51,506 nucleotides of DNA, taken from NCBI GenBank assembly GCA_963755715.1, contig CAVWLW010000062.1, positions 1 to 51,506 of the forward strand, written 5' to 3'. A program made the translations under genes and the position numbers. Of this stretch, positions 8,999 to 18,092 are shown in pieces. How positions within the stretch are numbered: the first letter of the stretch is position 1; each line of letters starts with the position of its first letter. Source of the stretch: an uncultured delta proteobacterium. GTDB lineage: Bacteria; Desulfobacterota; Binatia; UBA9968. The notes under the pieces are model-generated. The model ran no database searches and had not been told where the DNA came from. It worked only from the letters and a program-made list of their open reading frames with translations.

Positions 8999-10297
8999 TT
9001 AGTGGATCGGCGTCCGAGCGGACGTTCCGAGTTTCGCCCACGGCTTGATCAGGAGCGCCGTCATCGCGGTGGAAATCAGGAGCGCGATCGTGATGCCGGT
9101 AAAGACCAGCTCGTAGCTCTGCGTGCGGTCGTAAATCGCGCCGGCGACGAAAGGGCCGAGGATGGCGCCCCAGGTGTAGAAGAGATTCATGTTGCCGCGG
9201 ATTGTGCCGAAGGATTTGCGGCCGAAGAAGTCGCCCACCGAGGCCCAGAAGACCGGGATCGATGCGTCGAGCACGCTGTAGAGCCCGGTAAAAAACCACA
9301 GCGCCCAGAGTGACTTGCTCCACAGCATCGGTGCAACGGCGACCACGCCGAGAAACAGGCAAAAGGTCACGAGCTTGGGTTTGTTGACGAAGTCGGCGAT
9401 CCAGCCGAGCAGAAAATGGATCGGCAGATTGACGATGGCAAAGCCGGCGAGAAATACCGACGCTTCGGTCTGGCTCAATCCTTTCCACACCATCATCGGA
9501 ATGAAATGAGTCGTCACGGTGGTGAACGCGACCGAGCGGCAGGTCATCGAGCAGATGAGATTCCAAAAAATCGGCGAGCGGAACGCTTCGCGCGCGGAGA
9601 CATCGGGCGCAGGTTTTTCACCGGCGGGTCGATCGCTCGCAGCACCGGCACCAGCGTCCGGTTCGAGAGGCAAGCCGTCGGGGCGCATGCCGATGCTCTC
9701 GGGCGAACGCTTTATCCCGATGCACAACGGCACGCCGGCTACGAGAAACAGCACGCCGGCGAAAAACGCCGCCCAGCGCCATCCGAAGGTATGGACTGCG
9801 ATCCCGAGAAGCGGCGTGATCAATGCGCCGCCGACCGGCACTGCCGCGCTGACGACGGTCATCGCGCGAGCGCGCAGACGGATGAACCAACTGTTGGCGA
9901 TAACCGTCGGCGCGTGCACGAAACCGGCGGTGAAAGAGAGTGAGATGACGCCGAGGTAGACGATAAGAAAGGTCGCGTAGCTGTTCACCCAGGAAAAGAG
10001 AATGTAGCCGATGCCGGCGAGCAGCGCGGCGGTAAACATCATCGGTTTGGGGCCGTAGCGGTCGATCAGGTAGCCGACGATGGGCGCAGCGAGCGATCCT
10101 TCGGCGCGCGCCAGGGAAAAAGCCAACGAAGTAGAGGCGCGGGTGAGGCCGAGATCTTGGGTGACCGGCAGAAAGAAAACCGTGAAGCCGTATTGGTGCA
10201 GGCCGCCGCCGAGAACGCGCAGCGCAGAAACCAGGCCAATCATGCGCCAGCCGTAGTAAAGGCCGGCGAGGCGTTTGCGCAGGTTGTTCGTGCTCAC
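8999..10297 (-). CDS. MFS transporter
   Basis: About 12 hydrophobic segments; motif A GYLIDRYGPK; YYGW N-terminus. Confidence 0.9.
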   Translation of the reverse strand: MSTNNLRKRLAGLYYGWRMIGLVSALRVLGGGLHQYGFTVFFLPVTQDLGLTRASTSLAFSLARAEGSLAAPIVGYLIDRYGPKPMMFTAALLAGIGYILFSWVNSYATFLIVYLGVISLSFTAGFVHAPTVIANSWFIRLRARAMTVVSAAVPVGGALITPLLGIAVHTFGWRWAAFFAGVLFLVAGVPLCIGIKRSPESIGMRPDGLPLEPDAGAGAASDRPAGEKPAPDVSAREAFRSPIFWNLICSMTCRSVAFTTVTTHFIPMMVWKGLSQTEASVFLAGFAIVNLPIHFLLGWIADFVNKPKLVTFCLFLGVVAVAPMLWSKSLWALWFFTGLYSVLDASIPVFWASVGDFFGRKSFGTIRGNMNLFYTWGAILGPFVAGAIYDRTQSYELVFTGITIALLISTAMTALLIKPWAKLGTSARTPIH

Positions 10298-10411
10298 GGA
10301 TGTCGGAACGCTTTTCCGTTGGCCGGGTAAGCTAAATTTGTTTTTAGACTGCTAGACAAGAATTCATTTCACCACGAAGGCCAGTGCGGCGAGGGGCAAC
10401 GAAAGTCGGAC

Positions 10412-10629
10412 ATCTCCCGCAAAGACGCAAAGGCGCAAAGTCGGAGATTGGGTGAAAACATTTGTCTTTCCCCAAACTTGGCGCCTTGCGACCGAGAGAT
10501 CGATCGAATTTGCAGCATTAACTAAAACGAAGACGAAGAAAAAACCATCGCAGAGGCTCGGCGTACGCCGAGAAAAAAGTTGTCATTCACCTTTCCGAAC
10601 TCTGCGAACTCGGCGTCTCTGCGGTGAAA
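10412..10629. repeat. Cluster of REP-like imperfect palindromes
   Basis: CGCAAAGACGCAAAGGCGCAAAG ... CTTGGCGCCTTGCG and CGCAGAGGCTCGGCGTACGCCGAG ... CTCTGCGAACTCGGCGTCTCTGCG. Confidence 0.65.
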
Positions 10630-10707
10630 TGTTCTTTGGTTACGGTCAGAAATCGATTCCTTTACGGATTCAGAAATTTCTCCCGCCAAGGCTGAAAAAC
10701 CCGGATT

Positions 10708-10836
10708 GCAGGCTGCTCAAAAAGATCTCAGAGGCGAGGCGCGCGAAAAATCGGCGAGCGGAGGCGTACATCGGCAGTACGTTGACGCGAGACGATTGAG
10801 CGTAACGAAGCATATGAGTCTTTTTCAGCAGCCTGC
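10708..10836. mobile_element. 129-bp MITE
   Basis: Terminal IRs GCAGGCTGCTCAAAAAGA and TCTTTTTCAGCAGCCTGC (17 of 18 match); no coding capacity. Confidence 0.75.
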
Positions 10837-10840
10837 GGCG

Positions 10841-11233
10841 TCACTTGGCGCCGACCCAGCCGGCGTTGGAGACGTCGATGACCTGATCTTCGGGTCCGAC
10901 GCATTTTACTTCGAAGTAGGACTGCGGTTTGGACGGGTCCGCGGGCGTGACTTCGTGGCGGTCGTTGAGCGATTTTCCGCCCAGCTTCTTGATGCGCGCC
11001 ACCGCCGCGTCGACATCGTCGACCTGGAAGCCGATGTGGTCGACGCCGAGCTTCATGGTCTCGCCTTCGACCACGCCGCGAAAACTCAGAATCGCAATAT
11101 TCAAATGGCCGTCGGTGAGATAAACGCCGCTCTGGCCGACCCCGACTTGCTCCAAGCCGAATGCATCTTTGTAGAAGGCGGCGGTTTTTTCGACGTCATG
11201 AGTGCGGATCGCGATATGTTTGATTTGCGCCAT
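10841..11233 (-). CDS. VOC/glyoxalase family protein
   Basis: IKHIAIRTHDVEKTAAFY, VDHIGFQVDDVD. Confidence 0.9.
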   Translation of the reverse strand: MAQIKHIAIRTHDVEKTAAFYKDAFGLEQVGVGQSGVYLTDGHLNIAILSFRGVVEGETMKLGVDHIGFQVDDVDAAVARIKKLGGKSLNDRHEVTPADPSKPQSYFEVKCVGPEDQVIDVSNAGWVGAK

Positions 11234-11266
11234 GGTTAGGCTCCTTTCGCCGCGCGAGCGGCGCGG

Positions 11267-12211
11267 TTACTTTTGTCCCAGCACTTCCTTTAAAAAACGC
11301 CAATCCATGATTTTGTCTTCGCTGATTTCTTCGGAAATTTTCAGTTGCTCCCTGGCCAGGCGGATTTCCGAGTCCATGGTGTTTTTCGCGACCCAGCCGT
11401 CGTAGTTGAGCGAGCGCAGCGAAAAGTCGTGAACTTTGGCGGCGCCTTCGGCGCTGACATGAAGATAGTCGCGCATGATCGAGAGCGTCTCGGGCTTATT
11501 GTCTTTGATAAAGCGCACGCCTTTCAGCGTCGCCCGGATGACGCGCACGATTTGACTCGGATTTTTTCGTATCTTGTCCAGCGATACGCCGAAACCGCCG
11601 AGGCGCGTGTGCACGACGTCGCCGAAATAGACAACGGAGACGAGCCCGAGTTTTTCCGCTTTCTCGACGTAAGCCACGTCGAGCGGTGTGGCGTCGACGG
11701 TGCCGGCGATCAATGCCGCAAGCCGTTCGCCGGAGCCGCCGATCGCGAGCGCCGTCACGTCGCGGTCCGGGTTCATGCCGGCCTGCGCCAAAGCTTCGCG
11801 TAAAACGATATGCGGCGCCGAACCGATGGAGCTGACGCCGATCTTTTTGCCCTTAAAGTCGGTCAGCCGCTTGAACCCCGGCTTGGCGATCAAAATATGC
11901 AGCGGGCGGTCGAACCAGCCCATCACGCCTTTGACCGGCAGACCCTGGATGGACGCGCGGGCGATATTCCCGCTCACCGTGGAGTAGTCGAGCTCGCCGG
12001 CGATCAGCGCGGCGGCCTGCAGATTGGTGCGCACGACGACTTTGCGCACCTCGAGGCCTTCGTCTCGGTAAAAGCCTTTGCGCTGAGCGATCTCGGTCGG
12101 CAGCTCATAGAGACCGGGCGTGGAAATGCCGATATACACGACTTCGGCGCGGGAGCCGGCCGGCGCCGCCAGCGCGAGAACAAAGATTGCCAAAGCGAAA
12201 AATCTTGTCAT
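11267..12211 (-). CDS. ABC substrate-binding protein, SsuA/THI5 (NMT1) type
   Basis: Signal peptide; AQRKGFYRDEGL, KGKKIGVSSIGS. Confidence 0.85.
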   Translation of the reverse strand: MTRFFALAIFVLALAAPAGSRAEVVYIGISTPGLYELPTEIAQRKGFYRDEGLEVRKVVVRTNLQAAALIAGELDYSTVSGNIARASIQGLPVKGVMGWFDRPLHILIAKPGFKRLTDFKGKKIGVSSIGSAPHIVLREALAQAGMNPDRDVTALAIGGSGERLAALIAGTVDATPLDVAYVEKAEKLGLVSVVYFGDVVHTRLGGFGVSLDKIRKNPSQIVRVIRATLKGVRFIKDNKPETLSIMRDYLHVSAEGAAKVHDFSLRSLNYDGWVAKNTMDSEIRLAREQLKISEEISEDKIMDWRFLKEVLGQK

Positions 12212-12466
12212 TGACTGCTACCCGCTCGGCGGTGCGGTTAAACTAATACAACAAGCTGCGTGGCCGCAACCGGAATGCGGACAAAATGGCGGGTGCGTGC
12301 GCGATATCCCTGGAAAATTGCCAGATGAATGATCGCCGATGCGAAATCGAATCCAAGTTTAAATTTGTGCTGACTCACGAGACTTTCGTCCGAGGCAAGA
12401 TGCCGGACAGGAAAAACTTCCGAACGCTTTATCAGGATTTTTTCGCGATGATCGGTGGCGACCGCT

Positions 12467-13522
12467 TCAGCGCTTTTTTCCCGGCACCTCGTCACCCCAG
12501 AGCTCTCGGAGGAAGCCGCTCTTGGCGAGATTTTCCGCGAAGCTGTTATCGTAAATTTCGCCAGGCTTGCGGCGTACGTTGGCGCCCGACTGACGCAGAT
12601 TGTCGATCGCTTCGGTGACTCGCCAAGCCGGTACCGTGACGCGGCGGTTGACCAACTGCTTGGCGTAAGCGTCGTAGGCGGATTGCGCAGATTCGGGGTC
12701 TTTGAGCGCCAGCACTTTGCTGACGGATGCCTTGGCTTTGTCCGGGTTTTTCTCGACAAAAAGAATGGCTTCTGCCATGGCGGCCGTAAATTTCTGGACA
12801 ATCGCGGGGTGTTCTCTGAGCAGTTTATCATTAGCAAACACGCTGCTGTAAATGGCGGGCAGGTTCAGATCGTCGAGATGGTAGATAACGTTCAGTCCGT
12901 CGCGCTTGGCGCGCGCATCGAGCGGCGGTGTCACCATCGTCGCCTGTCCCAGGTCTTGCTGCAACGCCGTGTAGATTTCGGTTTGGCCGGCGCCGCCGAT
13001 ATGGCGGATTTTTAGATCGTCGGCGCTGAAGTTGAGTTTCTTCATCAAGGTGCGAATGAGCGTGTCCGGCGTGCCGCCAGGGCGGGTCGCGATGAAGATT
13101 TTACCCTTGAGGTCGTCGATGCGCTTGATGTCTTTGCGCGCGATGATCACCCACGGTAAGCCGATCAACGGCGAGGCGATCATCTTGGCCTCGGCGCCGG
13201 CGGCCAAGCTGGGAATGATCGCGTCGGCCGTGCAATAGAGAAATTGTAGCTCGTTGGCCGTGAGCGCCGCCGCCGAAATTCCGGCGCCGCGCACGAGCAG
13301 CAACTCCGGCTTGAGACCGTATTTGTCAAAAAGGTGATTATCGAGGGCGGTGTTGAGATGGATAAATCCGCCGCTGATGGCGCAGGTGGCGATGCGAATC
13401 GGCACGATCGGCTCGCCGGCTTTGGCCAGATATGGATTGGCCTGAAGCTTCATCGGCGATGATGCCGCGAGGAGAAGCCAGCCAAACAAGCTCGCGCGGG
13501 AAATTATCGGGTGCAACTTCAC
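12467..13522 (-). CDS. ABC substrate-binding protein, SsuA/THI5 type
   Basis: Signal peptide; LFDKYGL, DDLKGK..ATRPGG. Confidence 0.85.
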   Translation of the reverse strand: MKLHPIISRASLFGWLLLAASSPMKLQANPYLAKAGEPIVPIRIATCAISGGFIHLNTALDNHLFDKYGLKPELLLVRGAGISAAALTANELQFLYCTADAIIPSLAAGAEAKMIASPLIGLPWVIIARKDIKRIDDLKGKIFIATRPGGTPDTLIRTLMKKLNFSADDLKIRHIGGAGQTEIYTALQQDLGQATMVTPPLDARAKRDGLNVIYHLDDLNLPAIYSSVFANDKLLREHPAIVQKFTAAMAEAILFVEKNPDKAKASVSKVLALKDPESAQSAYDAYAKQLVNRRVTVPAWRVTEAIDNLRQSGANVRRKPGEIYDNSFAENLAKSGFLRELWGDEVPGKKR

Positions 13523-13554
13523 TTTTCCGGGGGCCTTGCGCAGTGTGAATCGGT

Positions 13555-14190
13555 TTACATGGGCGGCATGATTCCGCCGATGCCGGCGGTGATGCGGGTC
13601 GCCGTGATCGTGCCGTCTTCGCCGCGCACGGCGGCAATGTAAACGCCGGTGCCGGGCTGGAGCAGCGAACGATCGCCGGCGACGTTCTTCACGATCGGCG
13701 TGCCGGGCGGAACGAAGATTTTTTGTTCACCGTCTTTGTATTTCAAAGTCAGAAGCTGGCCCTGCACCTTTTCGGCGGCGAATGCTTCGATCTTGTCAAC
13801 ATTGGCGTTGGTCATGGTCGAGCCGGGTTGGAGATCCCACGGCCGGTGTCCTTCGCCCGTGCCGCGCGAGCTCTCCGGAAAGATGTGCACTTCAAGCGCT
13901 TTGAGCGTGCCGTCCGGCTGTTTCACCGCCGTGGTGCCGACGTAGTTGCCGGCGCCGATGTCGGAGAGCTTGGCCGCTTCGACCGCGCCGACCCGCACGT
14001 CGTCGGCAAACTTCACCAGGACATCGCCCGCCGACGTGGTGACTTTGAGCGCGCCTTTTTCCACGGCGGCGATCTTGCCGCGAATCGTCAACGGCTTGCC
14101 TTGCGGCGCTTGCGCCCGTGCAGATTCGAATTGGCTCACGCTTAGCGCGAGCAAGATTGTCAACCCTGAGCCAAGCAGTACGCGTTTCAT
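13555..14190 (-). CDS. Conserved exported beta-rich protein (DUF5666-like)
   Basis: Signal peptide; ALEVHIFPES.RGTGEGHRPWDL.PGSTMTNA motif. Confidence 0.7.
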   Translation of the reverse strand: MKRVLLGSGLTILLALSVSQFESARAQAPQGKPLTIRGKIAAVEKGALKVTTSAGDVLVKFADDVRVGAVEAAKLSDIGAGNYVGTTAVKQPDGTLKALEVHIFPESSRGTGEGHRPWDLQPGSTMTNANVDKIEAFAAEKVQGQLLTLKYKDGEQKIFVPPGTPIVKNVAGDRSLLQPGTGVYIAAVRGEDGTITATRITAGIGGIMPPM

Positions 14191-14240
14191 GGAATCATGT
14201 CCTTTGGGTGGAATTTGCAAAACTCGGTTTACGGCGCTTA

Positions 14241-15224
14241 TCACTGTGTCAGCGTCGCCAGCGCTTTTTTGTAAAATCGCTCGTCAACGTACTTTTCCGG
14301 TTTGGGCACCGGTGCTTTCATCAGCCCGGCGACTTCGCGCAATTCAATAATCGTGCGGATGCCCTCCATGTCGATGCGGCTGCGCGGCGTGAGGCCCATG
14401 GTCGGGCTGAGCGTGAGGTTGTACAGCGATTCGGCGCGGGCTTTGTTGTTTTTCGTTTCGCCCAGCAACAGTTGGACGGCTTCGTCCTTGTTTTTCGGGT
14501 CTTGCAGCCAATCCGTGGCGCGGATCATCGCGCGGTTAAAGCGCACGACGAGATCTTCGTTGGCGTTGGCCCACTCGCGCCGCGTCGCGCCCAGACCGCG
14601 GGCGTAGTGTTTGACATAATCTTGCGCGTGCGCGAGCACTTTGAAATTGCGTTTCTGGATCTCGTCGTCGGCCAGGCTCATCATCGCGCCGGCGGCGTCG
14701 CCGCGGCTCATGGCATCGGCCCGCGCCGTGGTATTGCCGAAGGATTTAAACGTATAGTCGCGGTTCCACTCGAGGCCGTGCTTTTTCAGGATGTAAACAC
14801 CGACGATGGCATAGCCCGTTGTCGGCGCGTCGACGGCGAAGACTTTGCCTTTGAGATCCGGGTAGCCCGCGATTCCCGGCGCAACGATGAGCTTCTGGTC
14901 GACGCCCTGGCTGCCGCCGAGAAAAATCACGAAATCGTTTTTCTGCGGATCTTCTCCCTGGCCTTCGGCCCAGGCGATGACGTTGTCGGCGTTGTTAAGG
15001 ATGAGATCATATTGACCGCGGATCAGATTGCGCAACAGCGTGGGCGAATCGGTCACTGTGTTGATTTCCACTCGGATGTTTTCTTGTTTGAGAAAACCTT
15101 TGCCTTCGGCGGCGATGATCGCCGCGTCGCGATTGAACAAGCCGATTTTTATCGTATCTTCAGCCATGGCTTCGAGCGGCAGCAACGCCAATATCGCTGC
15201 CATTACCCCCTTGATGAGCTTCAT
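14241..15224 (-). CDS. ABC substrate-binding protein, SsuA/THI5 type
   Basis: Signal peptide; AEGKGFL, DLKGKVFAVDAPTTGYA. Confidence 0.85.
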   Translation of the reverse strand: MKLIKGVMAAILALLPLEAMAEDTIKIGLFNRDAAIIAAEGKGFLKQENIRVEINTVTDSPTLLRNLIRGQYDLILNNADNVIAWAEGQGEDPQKNDFVIFLGGSQGVDQKLIVAPGIAGYPDLKGKVFAVDAPTTGYAIVGVYILKKHGLEWNRDYTFKSFGNTTARADAMSRGDAAGAMMSLADDEIQKRNFKVLAHAQDYVKHYARGLGATRREWANANEDLVVRFNRAMIRATDWLQDPKNKDEAVQLLLGETKNNKARAESLYNLTLSPTMGLTPRSRIDMEGIRTIIELREVAGLMKAPVPKPEKYVDERFYKKALATLTQ

Positions 15225-15363
15225 TCCACCCACCTCCGCGGAGCTGTGCGCCGCTTGTGCCTGTTACTTGTCAAATTTAGCCACCGACCGCAAGGCGAAG
15301 GCGGAAAATTTTTCCGTTGGGTCCGGTGAAGAAAAAAGAATCTGGATCGGCGCGCGTTGCGCT

Positions 15364-15702
15364 TTACAAAGTCGATCGGTGGGATTCGATCGGATCGCTA
15401 AGCTGGATCGTCGGGCCGCTCTCGTCGTCATGCGGCTCTGTTATAGGATCCAGCGCCGTCGTCACTGTGTTGCGCAAGGTCTGCAGCGACTTGGTCAACT
15501 CGCCGCGGATCGCTTCGGTGGTGCGGAAGGCTTCCTGTAAAATTTCTTCATCGCGTCGCTCTTTGAGGTCGGCCAGGATGCGCGCTCGCGTCTCGATGCG
15601 CTTTATCCCGGTGCTCTGGAGATAGGGTTTGAGGTGGGCGATTAAAATTCCGCCGGTGATGCCGGCGGAGAATATCAGCAGGTCGGAAATCCAGTCGCGC
15701 AT
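15364..15702 (-). CDS. Small single-TM protein with a helical/coiled-coil region and acidic tail
   Basis: RBS GGAGG; TM LLIFSAGITGGILIA; charged amphipathic helix; third gene of the amidase-actin unit. Confidence 0.7.
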   Translation of the reverse strand: MRDWISDLLIFSAGITGGILIAHLKPYLQSTGIKRIETRARILADLKERRDEEILQEAFRTTEAIRGELTKSLQTLRNTVTTALDPITEPHDDESGPTIQLSDPIESHRSTL

Positions 15703-15776
15703 TTGCACCTCCATTCGATGGCCGCACGGTGCCTGCAAGCTGAAGAATAATTTCTGCCGCGAATCATGTGCTTAGA

Positions 15777-16808
15777 CTAGAGCGACAGTTTCTCCCAGTC
15801 CGCAGTCGAAGCGTCGCGGGCGATCGCCAGGCTGCCGTCCGATCCGGCAAAAACCGGATCTTTGACTACCGTTGCGCGCCCGCCGCCCAGGTCGCTCAAA
15901 GCCTTAGTCACCGCCTCGGACAGCCCCGAAATCAGCGACGTGCCGCCGGCGAGGATGATGTTGTCGCGAACCTTGTCCTGAAATTCCGGCTCGACTTTTG
16001 TCAGCAACGTCGTCATCGTCTCGCACACCGGCGGCAGGATGCTTTCGCACGCCGCGCGCATTTCCTGGGTGATATCGATTTCCGTCGCCTTGCCCTTGAT
16101 CGGCACGGTGACCATGACGTGGTTTTTGGGCTCGCCGACGAAACTCCACTTTTCCTTCCACTCGCGCAACATGTGGATGGAAAACTGCGCGTCGGGATGG
16201 CGTTCGCGAATCAGCTTGATCAATTGTTCGTCGATCGAATCGCCGGCGTTGGGCAGAGTTTTCTGGTCCTCTTCGGTCGGATAGCGGCCTTGCATGACGC
16301 AGAAATCAGCCGTGCCGGCGCCGATGTCGATGACCAAGGCGTGCAAGAGCGCTTCCAAACCGTAGGCCACGGCGAAGGGTTCGGAGACGAGCATCACACT
16401 GTCGGCGACCCCTTCTATCGTATTGCGCAGATTTTGCCGGCTGACCCGGAAAGCTTCCGCCGGCACGCCGACTACGGCGCGCACCTTGGATTTGTTTTTG
16501 CCTTTTTGCTTGATGCCCGCGAGCGAGATCAGATGGCGCAGGATCTCTTGCACGGCCTCCTGATCTTTTTCGGAGCCATCTTTCATAATGCCGCGCTCGA
16601 GCGGCCGGCGCAGATCGAGCATGGGCCGGTTATCGAGAGCCTCGCGGCCGACTAGGACCGATTTTTTTACCAACTTGCGCGCGACCATGTCGACCGGCCA
16701 GCCGACATAGCTATCGACGACGTGCCGCTCGCCGGTGGACGCGGAGATCGAGCTTCGAGAAGTGCCGAGATCGATGCCCACGCAAAGTGGTTCGTTGGTT
16801 TCTTCCAT
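15777..16808 (-). CDS. Actin-like ATPase, MamK/Mad28-like (MreB superfamily)
   Basis: Phosphate-1 GIDLGTS, VSEPFAVAYGL, phosphate-2 DIGAGTAD, adenosine AGGTS; MamK-like segments PTEEDQKTL..AG, KEKWSFVG, VKDPVFAG..G.L and C-terminal W..L. Confidence 0.85.
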   Translation of the reverse strand: MEETNEPLCVGIDLGTSRSSISASTGERHVVDSYVGWPVDMVARKLVKKSVLVGREALDNRPMLDLRRPLERGIMKDGSEKDQEAVQEILRHLISLAGIKQKGKNKSKVRAVVGVPAEAFRVSRQNLRNTIEGVADSVMLVSEPFAVAYGLEALLHALVIDIGAGTADFCVMQGRYPTEEDQKTLPNAGDSIDEQLIKLIRERHPDAQFSIHMLREWKEKWSFVGEPKNHVMVTVPIKGKATEIDITQEMRAACESILPPVCETMTTLLTKVEPEFQDKVRDNIILAGGTSLISGLSEAVTKALSDLGGGRATVVKDPVFAGSDGSLAIARDASTADWEKLSL

Positions 16809-16811
16809 GAA

Positions 16812-17813
16812 TCAGCTGCCTTTCCTGTCGGCGACGGTAAAGCGATGTGCGTATTGGCGAATCCCTTGTGCGAGCGCCAGCGCGATATTTTCCCGATAAT
16901 CCGGTTTTGTCAACAATTGGACCTCGTCTTCATTGGACAAACAGGCGATCTCAGCCAAGATGGCCGGCATCTGCGTGCCGATCAAAACGACGAAGGGCGC
17001 GGTCCGGACGCCGCGATTTTCCAAATCGGGATTGGCGGTCTTGAGCGACTGAAAGAGCCGGCTTTGAATGGTCCTGGCAAAAACGCGCGATTCGTCGCGT
17101 CGGGCATCGACATAAATCTTTTCGAGGATTTTTTTATAATCCGCGAGGGAATAGTCCGACTCTTTATTTTCCCGGCTGGCGAGCTTGAGCGTGACGGGAT
17201 CGTCGGTGGGACCGACGTAATAAGTTTCCAGCGCTCGGATCGTGTGCGGCTCCATCGAATTCACATGAATCGAAAGGAAGAGGTCGGCCTTGTGCTCGTT
17301 GGCAAAAGCGACGCGCTGGTCGAGAGATAGGCGCCGGTCGGTTTCGCGCGTCAATAAGACTTCGAAGGGGCTGTTGCTCAACAGCCGGCGTAGGCGCAAT
17401 GCGACATCTAAGGTGATCTCTTTTTCGGTAAGACCCGATTCCGCCGTGGCCCCTGGCTCGCCACCGTGGCCGGGATCGATGACGATAGTCTTGATGGAGA
17501 GCGGAATCGCGGTCCGGTCGATCGGTCGAGGGTGTGACAACGGCACGGTCGCTTCCGGTGTCAGGTCGACGTTGATGGCTGCGGCACTGACAGGCGTTGT
17601 GCTCTGGACGGACGCACGGTTGGGCAGGAATTGTGCTGGCACGGCCAACAAATAGACGAGTGCAATGGCGCTCAACGCGCCGAAAATCCACACCCCAAAC
17701 CGGCGACGTGCCTGCGGTTTGGTGCGAACAATCCGGACGCCTTGGACAGTGGCGATATTATCTTGGACCGCGCCACGAAGCAGTCGAGCCTTCGTTTCGC
17801 CGATGCTAGCCAT
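16812..17813 (-). CDS. Membrane-anchored N-acetylmuramoyl-L-alanine amidase (Amidase_3)
   Basis: IVIDPGHGG, EK, LTR, FLSIHVNS, MPAILAEIA (Zn ligands H, E, H and catalytic E); TM at about aa 39-60 and a Pro/Thr linker. Confidence 0.9.
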   Translation of the reverse strand: MASIGETKARLLRGAVQDNIATVQGVRIVRTKPQARRRFGVWIFGALSAIALVYLLAVPAQFLPNRASVQSTTPVSAAAINVDLTPEATVPLSHPRPIDRTAIPLSIKTIVIDPGHGGEPGATAESGLTEKEITLDVALRLRRLLSNSPFEVLLTRETDRRLSLDQRVAFANEHKADLFLSIHVNSMEPHTIRALETYYVGPTDDPVTLKLASRENKESDYSLADYKKILEKIYVDARRDESRVFARTIQSRLFQSLKTANPDLENRGVRTAPFVVLIGTQMPAILAEIACLSNEDEVQLLTKPDYRENIALALAQGIRQYAHRFTVADRKGS

Positions 17814-18092
17814 GCACAGCCTTACAAATAAAACGACAATTTAGTAAAATATTTGCTGATGTTACATTATGTCGGCCCTAGTGCGCAATCCGAAAGGCAG
17901 AGGTCGGGCCACGGATGAACAAAGATTTCCGCTGGAACTTTTTACCCGCGATAAAGCTGTTGCGTAAAATCCTCGACACGATTAATGAGATAGGCGCCGG
18001 CTGATCGAAGGATTTGAACGATTCTTTTACGTGGATTGGCCGAGCAGAAAACTGCCCGGCGATCAGTTCATTTTTCATTTTAGGAGATTCTG

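Noticed and set aside
10452-10799. 115-aa ORF
   Set aside because: It is a translation of palindromic repeats and the MITE.
14118-15329. 403-aa plus-strand ORF and similar long antisense ORFs (15768-16655, 19449-20351, 29314-30216, 43933-45237)
   Set aside because: Shadow frames opposite well-supported genes in GC-rich DNA; no motifs.
15777-16808. Canonical mreB or plasmid parM
   Set aside because: MreB signature motifs and mreCD are absent; no ParR-like gene or centromere repeats seen.
15364-17813. Magnetosome gene island
   Set aside because: Only the actin is MamK-like; no mamA/B/E/M/O/P/Q, mad or feoB genes are in the window, so no mamK symbol was assigned.
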